Shown here piece after piece: positions 1-11,075 of a DNA stretch of 64,000 nucleotides. The stretch's first letter is position 1, and every line of letters begins with the position of its first letter. The DNA comes from Selaginella moellendorffii (lineage: Eukaryota > Plantae > Lycopodiophyta). A program made the translations under genes and the position numbers. Below the pieces are notes generated by a model that saw only the letters and a list, made by a program, of their open reading frames with translations, did no database searches and was not told the DNA's origin. The DNA is taken from assembly GCF_000143415.4 (NCBI RefSeq), contig NW_003314306.1:163620-227619 (forward strand), given 5' to 3'.

Positions 1-124
1 AGAAACATTTATCAATCAAAGCTTCTATATATAATCAATATAAATTCATATGAAAAGTAAATAATGAATCTCAACATCCAATCTTTAACAATATAAATAC
101 AGATTGAAATAAACTTAGTTTTTC

Positions 125-2979
125 TCAGCATATATTTTTGAGGTCCTCCTTGCTCCTTAGACGTGCTGGGAGGTCATCAAAGTTGAGGCTGGTGTTTGAA
201 AAGTTAAGCTCAATCAACCCTGGGAACATTTCACGTTCGTCCATGGCACTTGACTCGATCAGCAACTTCTCCAATTTGTAACACTCCCTCACCGACAAAC
301 TCTCCAGCTTTGGAGACCATGCCACCACCAGAGGCAGGCACTGGATGCGCGTCCCCTCAAGATTGAGCACCCGGAGCTCACTGAACACGTCCTCTTGCCC
401 CGGAAACTCTTCCAGCAGACCTTTCACCAAGCCTCCGTTCACTACATGAAGCTCCTTGAGCTTTGGGAGCCGAGTTACCGATCGAGGAAGATAGAGCAGG
501 CTCCGACACGAATGAAACTCGAGCTTTGCAAGCATAGGGAATGATCCTGGGTTGAAATCCTTGAGCTCCTCGAATGTGGAGTCCCAGAAAACCAGGGTAG
601 TCAAGCATGGAAAGACTGAAGAGCTTGCAAAGGATGCTGGTGGCATGCTGCAGCCGTGTAGTGTGAGAGACGAGAGCGCCACAAACTTGTCCACCTCTGG
701 GATTTCATCGAAGCAAGTTCCTACCTCGAGCAGCCTCAGATAATTACACCCTTGGAACAGCTTCTTCCACGAGCCATGCAAGGTTTCCACTCGCACCACG
801 CAGGACTCGAGATTGGCCGGCATGGCAAAGAAGTTCCGGAGGTTTGCCACCCTTGTATGGAGTGTCAAGTACCGGAGGTTGGCCAACTTTGCTGGGCTGC
901 TCGAGAAGATCTCTATGCTGCCGTGGTTTTTCTCGTCGCTCGAGAGCTCCAGGCTCGTCAGCTTCTCAAGGGCATCTAGATCCAGCTTCTCGTCCCGAGG
1001 GCTGCGAAAGTTCAGGTGTAATACCTCCAAGTTAGAGAGCTTGTGGAGCATTGCAAACTGGAAGTTTCTAATTCCTTTGAAGCTCGAGCTTGTGAGAAGA
1101 TCCAAGTATTTGAGCGAGGACATGGTGTAGCAGCACTGGGGGACTTCTTCCAGCCTCGAGTCCCGCAGATCGAGCACTTGGAGTTGCCCGAGGCTGCAAA
1201 TCTCGCTCGGTAGAACCTTGAAGCTCGTCCCTCTCATGCTCAAGACTTTCAAGTTGATGAAACTCTTGACGGCACTCAATCCACCATCTGCGAGGCTGTT
1301 CTTGTCGAGCAGCAAAACCCGAACGTCGTGTGCCACGCCCTCGCTCGGTGGAAGCGAAGAAATCCCGGAAGCTCGCAGCGAGATCCTTCTCACTCCTACC
1401 AACTTGGAGCTGAATAGATCTGTGAGCCTCTTCCCTGTCGCTCGTCCAGCCAGAAAAGCACACCCTTCCTCGTGCTCCCCTCGAGGATTGTCGAGGCGGC
1501 GCAGGATGAGCTCGCGAAGAACATCGTGAAGGCGGTAGCCACCACCATCAACCTCGACTTCAACCATGGATCTCTTCACCAGGACGTCGAGAATCATCCG
1601 AGCTTCGTCCCAGCCGCTGGTCTCGCCCTGCTCCACGGCCAGAGGCGGGATGAGATCGTCTCCTCTCCACAGCGCCACGAGCTCCTCGAGCGTGATCCTG
1701 GCGTCTCCCTCGTACGCAGCCATGCAGAGGTAGCACTCCTGGAAGAGCTTCCCATACTCGAGCGTCAAGAGGTCCTCGTAGCTATAGTCGAAGAGGTGAG
1801 ACACCTCTCCCTCCTCCTCCAGTGCCGCCAGCCCTCGCGCTTTCACCTTCGCGGCGGACACCTTCCAGCTTGCCCGATCCGTCTTGCCCGCCATGGAAGA
1901 TCCCACCACCTTGAGCGCGAGCGGGAGTCCCTTGCACGCCGCCGCCATCTCGCCCACGAGATCATCGATCCCCGGCTGCTCGCTCCCGGCGTCCTTGAAA
2001 GCGTGCATGCAAAAGAACTTCTTGTTATCCGCGCTCGAGAGAAGCCCCGCCGAGGTAATCACTTCCGCCTTCCTCCGCTCGAGCAGCCCGGAGTTTCGCG
2101 TGGTGACGAGCATCTTGCTCCCGTTTGCCCGATCCAGGACGTCGAGCCCATCCAACACCGCGCCTTCCCAGACATCGTCCAGTATGAGCAGCGTTCTCTG
2201 GCCGCCCAGAAGATCATGCAGCGTCGACTTGGGCTGATCGAGAGCTCTCCCGCGATCATCGTCCAGGAGGTTGAACAGCGCCCTCTGCAAGTTCTCCACG
2301 CTCGCGTTGCGATGGACGCCCAGGAAGTAGACGCGGCCTTCGAAGTGCTCGAGAACTCTGGCGTCGTTGTTCACCAGGCTTGCGAGGGTGGTCTTGCCGG
2401 ATCCACCCATCCCGCAGATGCCAATCCACTTCCCCTTCTCCGGGTCCATGAGCAGCCGGATGATCTCCTCCAGCTTCTCGCTCACTGGCATGATGTTCTC
2501 CGGAACTGGCTGCCTCCGGTAGCCGTGAGTACTCCGCTGCTCCACGACCAAGCACGACAAGGTGGCCGCTGGAAGATCGTTGTGAATGACACAAAAGGAG
2601 AGTCTTTGCCTCTTGATCGCGAGCCAGATCCTTCGTCTAGAACAAAGATGATTGAAAGTTATGGATGTGATCACGATCGACAAGCAAACCTTTCAAAGAT
2701 CTGGTATTTCCTAGCTCCTCGCCTCGCTAGCTCGATCACCTCCATGGTATCCATGCACCATCGGTTGAATTCTTCCCTCCAGTTCTGGAACTGGCTGGAT
2801 TGCGTTTGGTACTTGTTCTTCGTTGGATTGGACTCCATCTCCTTGAGCAGGGCGACGTATTTGCGGTGATCCTCGGCTAGAGGCCGGAGCTCCTCCTTGT
2901 ATCTCGCCACCTTGATAAACTCCCCAGCAACAAACTTGAAAGCATTTCCTATGACCCAATCGACAATCACTTCAACCAT
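125..2979 (-). CDS. NLR immune receptor (N-terminal CC/RPW8-like helical domain, NB-ARC, LRR); 2 exons
   Basis: P-loop GMGGSGKTT, kinase-2 LLILDDVW, RNBS-B GSKMLVTTRN, GLPLAL, MHD-like YRLHDVLRE and LRRs in ORF 125-2683. A 53-nt GT..AG intron (2637-2689) joins ORF 2671-2979 in frame, giving a 2802-nt CDS. Confidence 0.92.
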
Positions 2980-3096
2980 TTTCTTTTCTTTCTTTTAGAT
3001 TGATCCTAAACATTCAAGTTCTTCCGGAATATATACGTGGTTGATGCTTTGCTTGTGTGAATCGCTTCAATTATTCTATAAGGAAAGTATTTCCAT

Positions 3097-3221
3097 CTTT
3101 GCTTAGCTCTACATAAAGTCGAGCTTCCTACTTTGCTTAGCTCTAAAGACGAGCTTCCATACTTTGCTTAGCGCGATATCTTCTTAAATCCATGGTTACT
3201 TTGCTTAGCGCGATATCTTCT
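3097..3221. repeat. Four imperfect copies of CTTTGCTTAGC(TCTA/GCGATATC) between the NLR start and the RBM39 3' end
   Basis: Direct repeats visible in the sequence. Confidence 0.7.
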
Positions 3222-3349
3222 GATATTAACAGAGAATCAAAGGTAATAAGACCAATAACAGATCACTCTCTGTAAAGTAAAAACCATTAGGAGGAGTAAA
3301 TCCTCCACTACATTTTTCTTTTTATCAATCAGCAAAATAAGCACACCCG

Positions 3350-5804
3350 CTAGAGCTGCTTGCTCTCCGGGAACTTCTCTTCGTAGACTTGCACATTCTG
3401 CGAATTCAAGAGCGTTTAGAACTTGAACAAGAAAAAAGCATTGCCTTACCATGAATGTCGCCCGAATCGTTTTTCCAGCGAACCATCGTTTGTTCAAGTT
3501 TAGCTGCGCGGCCAAAGCATCGATTGCTGTACCGAATCTTACGTAGACGTGCCCTTGACTGTACCTGCAAAAACAAACGCGTAACGCTCCACTGCGAATC
3601 ACCAAAGGAAAAAAGCTTACTTGTCGACGCTTATATGTTTCACGGGACCAAACTTTGAGCATTCATCCTGCACGTCGTTTTTAATATCGATATCAAACTC
3701 TGGATCAGTCTGCACAAAAGCAAATCAAGTTTAGAAGGGCAATCAAAAAGAGAGATTCCAAACCTCTGTGGCTGGATCAAACATGTTCTTCAAAAGTAAG
3801 CATTCGCTAGGTGGTCCTATTGGCTCCTCCGGAAGCACCGATCCATTTTGCATCGACAATGCAGAACCTATACCACCGTATACGGGTGGTACAGCCATGG
3901 GGGCCTGAGGCTGAAGAGAAGCGGGCGCCCTACAGAGGTTTGAAAATGTGAGAAACTGTAAAGGGAATGAAAACTTACCCAACACCACCACTGCGGTCAA
4001 GCTTTTGCATAAGTAGAGCCCTGGACCGAGCATTCAAAGCCTGCTAATACCAAAGTATCATAATCGGCATTATGCGATCAAAAGCAGGACCTACCAATCC
4101 ACCTCCCTCATCGTCATCAAGATCATTTTGCGTAGTGCCGATGTCTTGTCCAGTTTGTTGATCGGTAACAGCAGATACCTGGAAACAAACACAGAACAGG
4201 CTGAAACCACAGTCCAGATAAAAACAATGTACCTTGATGGCTCGTCCAGCAAGCTCCAAAATTCCATTCAGTCCTTGTTGAGCAGCTCGCGCATCCTCAA
4301 GTTTGCTATACTGCACAAAGCCGTACCCTTTACAAAGCCCTGTTTCTTGGTCCAGCGGGAGTTGAACAAGCTCGATGACGCCGAAAGGCTCGAAAACCTG
4401 ACAAAAAAAGGAGCTGAAATGTCGAGAGATATTCGTTCTTACCTGCCGGAGCTGGTCCTCAGTGATATTCACATGTAGATTTCCAACGTACAAACGCCGA
4501 GCACCACCGGAATAAGGGCCATTGAAAGCTCCCGCGGCTGATCCACCACTAGCTGAGTGAACCAAATTCTTTTCAGCTTCGGACGGTTTTACCATCACAT
4601 TTTGACCAAGCAGCGGCTGGTTGTTTAATTGGAGGGCCAGCGGAACAGACATGGCATCGTAGAACTCGATATACCTGCGAGAGCATACAAGAAAATTAGA
4701 CGACACAAAATCAAGGAAAAACAGAACGAGAAAACGTACCCAACACCCTTAGATCTTCGAGAATTCCGATCCATGATGAGACGCACATCCCGGACCTGTA
4801 TAGACAGCACAAAGAGCACGTGGAATTTTTTGAGATACTTGTTACGAAAGTGAGAGCGAGAGAACAACCCAGACCACGGCAAGCTAGTGGCTTCAACAGA
4901 AGATACCGTTACAGTATTCGGAGCCACAAGATACTTACATGTTTTCCCACGTCGAAAGCAGACAGGTGCTTTTTTCATACTGCAAATAGGAGCACAAATG
5001 ACTTATCTGATGCGAAGACAAAACGAAATGACCAACTCAGACATTAAACTCACGCACTTCCTATCAGAGCTAGATCACTAGAGTGTGCTCACCTTTCCGG
5101 CTTTGGAGAAAAAATCGTAGACGTGCTTCTCGTCCGCTTTGAGACAAATCTGCAAAATCAACACTTCTCTGTGAGAAGGAAAGAAAAATAAAAATGGAGA
5201 ACTTTCAAGGACCTGCCAAGCAAAGACTGTTCGCTGATCTCTTTCCGGATCAGGCTCAGACTCCGCTGGTGCTGATTCTTCTTTCCTGTCTCGCCTCTCT
5301 CGAGACTTCCTGGACAAAGGAAAAAAAAAACCAAAAAAACCCATTAACTCAAAGAGAAGAGTTTGATAAGACTCACCGAAAGTCCTTATCTTTCTCCCTG
5401 TCCTTGGAGCTTGCCCTCTCCTCCTTCTCTTTATCTCGGCTGTGGCGTCGCGAGTCTTTATCCCTGTCATCCCTTCTACTCCGAGACCTTTCCTTGTCCC
5501 TATCCCGGTCCCTATCCCTCTCGGATTTCTCCTTGTCGTCGCCGCGCCCTCGATCTCTATCCTTCTCCCGCTCATACCTGGAGCTCCTGTGTTCCCGGCG
5601 CGAGCGCTTCTCTCGATCGCCCTTATCCCTATCGCGCTCCTCGTCCCCCCGCGAGCGCTTGCTACTGCGGTGTTCGCTCTTGTGCCCATCGTCCTCCGCC
5701 GCCGCCACCGCCTTGGCGCCCTCGCCATTCGCCCCGGCTGTAGCACCGGCGGCAGCGGCGCTCTCAACCGTCTTCTCCAGGTACTCGTACTCGTCGAAAT
5801 CCAT
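3350..5804 (-). CDS. RBM39: RBM39/RBM23 (CC1-like) splicing factor: RS/RD-rich N-terminus, two RRMs and a UHM; multi-exon
   Basis: MDFDEYEYLEKTVE start; ERDQRTVFA, VRDVRLIMDRNSRRSKGVGYIEF, RRLYVGNLH, ECLLLKNMFDP, GHVYVRF..RWFAGK; last exon NVQVYEEKFPESKQL-stop at 3350. Confidence 0.93.
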
Positions 5805-5859
5805 CTCCGCGCTCTAGATTTCCTTCTGTACCGGTGCCGGATAGCTCATCCTACTTCAA

Positions 5860-5960
5860 GAACCCTAGAAATTTCGATGAGCCCTAACCCTAGATGTGCA
5901 GTATATTCGTTTACAATTTAGAGGTCTTTTTCATCTTTATCCATTAACTTTATAAAGGGC
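5860..5960. promoter_or_regulatory. Short divergent promoter region with telo-box-like AACCCTA motifs and a TATAAA
   Basis: AACCCTAG at ~5861 and ~5886, TATAAA at ~5951; only ~190 bp separate the two divergent start codons. Confidence 0.45.
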
Positions 5961-5996
5961 CGCCCTCGGCTAGATAGGTTTTGGAAGAGTGGATCC

Positions 5997-7473
5997 ATGG
6001 CGTCGTCTTACGCGCTCGCGGATTTCGTCGGCAATGGCACGCTCAAGGAGATCATCGATTCGCTTGTCGCGGATGGCTGGGACGACGTTCCGACGATCAA
6101 GATGATGAGCAGCGAGGACATGGAGGCGCTCAATCTCACGCAGCAGCAGCGGGTATGAATTTCTTCCAGATTTCGCGTGCCTTGCGGCGATCTAACGAAA
6201 TTTCTTGCGATCTAACGAATTTGTTGCAGGACGCGCTCGAAATCCGCAGCTACTTGCACGATCGAGCGCTCATGGAGTACGCAGACAAGCTGGAAGCGTC
6301 CGGCAAAACCCTGGCAGAGCTGATCGGCGAATCCCCCACCGCGCTCGCCAGCCAGTTTGGAATGAAGCGCGGCCACGTCGCGCGATTCGTTGATCGCTCC
6401 GTCGCGTGCGGCATCCGGATGCCGCCATCCTTGTCGCTGCCGGCCTCGCGAAGAACACGCTCCACAGTATCGACGGTATCTTCCAAAGATTCTCAGCCGG
6501 AGGAGCCCGACAGTGCTCGTCCCGCCAAGAACCCTAGTCCTCCTCGAGACGATCCGTCCAAGAAGGAGACCAAGGGGATCGTCGCGTCGGCGCCAGCGGT
6601 CCCGAAGCTCTGTGGCCTCATCCCTCCCCTGCGTGTCGACGAGAATGTGACGCCGATCGAAGTCCTCGAGAAGATCAGCGTGCAGCGCGTCACTCCAGAG
6701 CACAAGAGGGGCAGCTCCATCGATGGATGGAGCATCGATTCGGGCGTGGCATTGCCTCCGCCGATCAAAGCGGCGGATCTCTGGAGCCGTCGCCCGGCAT
6801 TGCTGTTCATCATGAGAAGACCCGGGTAAGTTCAAGTTTGAGAGTGAGGCCGAGTTCCTTGAGAGATTCGTGTTCTTCTCGCTAACTTGTTTCATAGATG
6901 TGTCATGTGTCGAGCCGAGGCACACCAGCTCTACGCTCGCAAGCCGATCTTCGACGCCATGGGCGTTCATCTCGTGGCAGTCCTTGGCGAGTACATGGAA
7001 GCCGAGGTAACTTTGAGCGATTCTTTCCTGAAAACATCATCAAAAACTCTTTTTTCTAGGTGCGAGCGTTCTGGCCTCGCTACTGGGGAGGAATGGTGGT
7101 GGTGGACAAGAACAGGGAGTTTTTCCAGGCGCTCGGAGGTGGCCGGTTGCTCAAAGACAACCTTGTGACGGGCTTTTGCTTCAACGCGGCAGCTCGGATG
7201 AATTACAAGCGCGCGCAGACGAGCGGAGCCGAGGGGAACTTTGTGGGAGAGGGCCTGATCAAAGGCGGACTCTACATCATACGTGCTGGGAAAGCCGGGG
7301 TTGCTTACCAGTTCGTGGAGAGGAACTTTGGAGACTGGGCTCCCGTGGAAGAGCTTCTCAGCGTATGTTCTTCGTTTCAGCCGGTATGTTGAAGGATAGA
7401 ATGGTTTGATCCATCCGAGACGCTGATGAGTTTTCCTGCCTTGCAGAAGACTGTGGATAAGAGTCAAGACTGA
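5997..7473 (+). CDS. SAM-like N-terminus fused to a peroxiredoxin-like 2A (FAM213A/AhpC-TSA) domain; multi-exon
   Basis: ATG 5997 MASSYALADFVGNGTLKEII..GWDDVPTIK; spliced RRPG|CVMCRAEAHQL CxxC motif; FWPRYWGG, GEGLIKGG, ERNFGDWAP; final exon stop at 7471-7473. Confidence 0.85.
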
Positions 7474-7581
7474 GTGATCGATCTGTAAGATTTCCTGTGA
7501 TTTATACGAGCGTGTGTACATTACTATCGATGTGGATTTTCTCATAGCGTTTTTTCAGACATGTCTGGTTGAAGAAGGTTA

Positions 7582-8462
7582 TCAAAAACGCGACTTTAGC
7601 CGAGGCCTCACCAACGACTGACCGCCATCCACCGCAACGGTGGTACCAGTGATGAAAGACGAATCCTTGCTCACGAAGTAGAGCAGGCTCGAGGCCAAGT
7701 CGCGGGAACCATCGGCCCAGCGCTCCAGCGGAAGAAGCTTGCTCACGCTGCTCGTCGTCAAGGCCGTGTTCTTGCCACTCGAGTTTGCCGAGATCATGGC
7801 CGCTGCGTCCGACTCGCTCCAGCCACGAACAACGCAGTTGACGCGGATGTTGAATTTGCCGAGCTCCATCGCCAGCGCCTGGCCAGGAACATCGAGATCG
7901 ATCAAAAACTTTCCAGAGGTATGGAACTTTTTCTCTCTCACCTTGCTCAACTGATGGACTCCCGCAATGCAGGTGCTGTAGATCCCCGCTCCTGGAAACA
8001 ATCCTCGCTCGCTCCCAGCGATGGACGTCACAAACACGATCGATCCACCAGCTCCGGAGAGTTTCATGCGTCTCGCCACGGATCTACTCACCAGCCAAGC
8101 CGCCTTGAGGTTCTTTTCCACCGCTCCATCCCAATCTTCCTCGCTCGCTTCCAGCACCGGCTGAAAGCTCCCTTGATCGTGATCGCACAAGAAGACGAGC
8201 GCATCGATCCGCCCAAAAGCCGCCCACGTGCTGGCGATCGATTGCTCCACGCTCGCTTCATCGCCACGGAGATCGAGCTCCACGAATCTGCAAGACGCTG
8301 GGGCAATTGGAGCCGGTCTGCCGCCCGCGATCACGATCCTAGACAGGGAAAAGCGTGAAACTCGAATCGAGCGCCGCTCACTTACTTGAAATCGCTGGAT
8401 GCGAGAGTGAAGAGCAGAGTGTCACTGTCTGGCGTTGGAGTCACGAGGAGCAATACTGCCAT
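7582..8462 (-). CDS. Short-chain dehydrogenase/reductase (FabG-like, atypical)
   Basis: FGRIDALV, GGSIVFVTSI, LAMELGKFNIRVNCV, SSFITGTTVAVDGG; first exon MAVLLLVTPTPDSD from ATG 8462 ending at a GTAAGT donor. Confidence 0.85.
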
Positions 8463-8737
8463 AGCTTCCGGGTATAGGGTTCCTCCTTGCTAATGACAAT
8501 TCATAAAAACTTTGGGATACCATATAAACATTTAGGGCTGACGTGGACAAATCACATAGAGATTTTAGCGCTGGCGTGGCCCCGTGACACAAACCGTCAC
8601 TCCTATTTTGAAAACCAGAAGAGGGAGAGAGGAGCGATGGTGAGTGGAAAGGAAATGGCGGAGAGGAGAGGCGGCGGAGGGAGGAGCGGCGGCGATGGAG
8701 CGATTGGCGGCACGGGTGCGTAGAGGCGGCGGTGTTG

Positions 8738-10591
8738 ATGAAGCTGAAACTCCCCAAGGTTAGGGTTGGAAGGAAGATATTTGGCAACGGGGGCATTCTT
8801 GCCAAGGCAAAAAAGGGGTGCGCGTCGGGGATGGCGCCTCCCTGTGGGGGCGGCCCTGACAGCACCGCCGCATCGACTCCTCGGGTAAGCGATCCTCGTC
8901 ATTCTTGGATATTTCGCTTGGATTCGTTGCATTGTCGAGTGTTTCGATCAATCTTCCTCAAGCTAGCTTGCATTCTTGGATATTTCGGCTGGATTTATGA
9001 GTGCCGCTTGCATTATCGAGTGTTTCGATCAATCCATTCGAAGCTAGTTTGCATTCTTGGATCTTTCGTTTAAATTCGTGAATGCCTCGAGTATTTCGAT
9101 CCATCCATTTGCTTACCTGTGACATTCAAGCTGCTTGTGTTGATCTATTTCACGCTCGATTTTTTTTGCGAATGCGATTCGTGCAGGAGCGGACAAAGCT
9201 GAATCAAAAAGCTGCCAAGCTCATGAGCCAGTCAACAAAAAGAAGACTTGCAGTGAGTGCCGAATCAGATATTGAGAAAGCAGCAGCTTATGTTCCAAGG
9301 GTAAGCTCGTCGCTCATTCCTCTATGTTTGGTTCTGTCAATGCTTGGAATTTTTCTCAACGAGCGATCGATGTTTTTGCTTTTCTCATTTCTCAGGCCAT
9401 CGAAAAGAATGAAGCCGCGCGGGAACGCATTCAGCACGCATTGGAGAAGAACTATCTTTTCAAGTCTCTCGACAAGGAGCAAACAAAGACGGTAAAAGTT
9501 CTTCTCCGCAAAGAAGCTTTGCCGATTAGCTCACCATAATCCCTCAAAGGTGCACGGTAACAATTATAGTAGCTCAAAGCATTTGGCTTTTGTGTTTGAC
9601 GCGGGATTGTGCTTCAGGTGGTGGATTCTGTGGAGGAAGTTAAGTACAACCCCAATGACATTATAATCAAGCAGGGCGATGAGGGTGACAAATTTTTCCT
9701 CATCGAGGTGTGCTTCGTCATTCCATGTTTTTTCCCTTGTTTTGACTCTTTGTTTAGATAGGTGAATGTGAAGTGTGGTTGAAGGACCCAGAGAGGATAC
9801 GCCCCGAGATGGTCAAGAGATATGGTCCTGGAGACACATTCGGAGAGCTTGCGCTTCTGTACAATGCTCCCCGTGCGGCAACTGTCAAGGTTTTACAATT
9901 CATTAAAATATGTTTGCTGGTTTTGCAGGACTCATTTGGTATTCTTTCCAGGCAATTACAAGCTGTACACTCTGGGCGGTAGACAGGCCCACTTTTCGAG
10001 CGATTCTTATGCAAACTACCAACAACAAGCGGCAATTATACGAAAAGTTTTTGGCAGAGGTTCCTTTGCTGAAGGTAAATAGTTTGCAATCGTTTCTCCA
10101 TCAATTCGCCTTTATTTTGGTTGGCGTGTAGACGCTAACAGCGTACGAAAGATCCGCAATTGCCGATGTTTTGGACGCGGAATACTACGAACCAAACACA
10201 GACATTATAGTGGAGGGCCAAGAAGGAAACAAGTTTTATTTTCTGGAAGAAGTAAGGCTCGCTACCGCTTGTGGAAACTGAATTTATTTCGCAGGGAGAA
10301 GCCGAGGCAAGGACAGGAGACAAGGTACTAATGAAATACAAGCGTGGAGATTACTTTGGGGAGTTGGCGCTACTAAGCAACAATCCTAGAGCAGCGACTG
10401 TCAGAGCGACAACGAAATGCAAGTGCGTTTCAATTCATCGGGACAGTTTCAAGGTCAGCTCATTTTGTTGAAGTTGCTCGTATTCCTACCGCATTTGCTC
10501 GTTTGTACTCTAGAGATTGCTTGGAAAAGTAGAAGACATCTTAGAGCGGAGGAAAGAAGAATACGAGAAAACTTCTGCAGGCACAAGCTAA
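8738..10591 (+). CDS. PKAR: cAMP-dependent protein kinase (PKA) regulatory subunit; ~9 exons
   Basis: Inhibitor site KRRLAVSAES; two cNMP-binding domains with phosphate-binding cassettes FGELALLYNAPRAATV and FGELALLSNNPRAATV; IIKQGDEGDKFF; C-terminus RLLGKVEDILERR. Start codon is inferred. Confidence 0.92.
8900..9112. repeat. Three imperfect ~70-80 bp tandem repeats in PKAR intron 1
   Basis: Each unit starts CATTCTTGGAT and contains CGAGT(G/A)TTTCGATC. Confidence 0.75.
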
Positions 10592-11075
10592 TCGCGAGAA
10601 GACTTAGCCACAGTTCTGGTTAACTCCAGGTTTGCCGTAGATATTTGAAATTGGAGTGTCAGGATCAGGTTCATGCATATTTGACTGGGAAAAGAAAGCA
10701 GTGTCATTTTGCATTTGGAATCCTGTGTCACGTGAACCGCCGCCTCTCTGATTCTCGCAGAGCAAACTAATCTTGCGATCTGCAAACACTTCGGTACTAT
10801 AAAGTGAGAGAGGAGCACCGCCGAAGCGTGGAGTTCGTAGTGAGTCCTAGTTCAGCTTTTCATGCTGTCTGTGTGAGCGCGCCTCCTCGCTGAAAAGGCA
10901 TCCAGTACCTCAGGACGCTTAGCTCCTGTTTCAGGACTGTATATTGCGTGTTTGTCTTCGGAGAGGATTCTTCCTAGTGCTGCTTTCTGATGCATAAAGT
11001 CTATATCTAAGCAGTTAGTCTAGGATTGTGGTGTCCGAGTTGCTTGCTGTTCTTTTAACGACTTGATATCTTGCA

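Noticed and set aside
1472-2869. 465-aa plus-strand ORF
   Set aside because: Antisense shadow of the GC3-rich NLR coding sequence; no recognisable motifs
5078-5921. Several long overlapping ORFs
   Set aside because: Alternative frames of the low-complexity RS/RD region of RBM39
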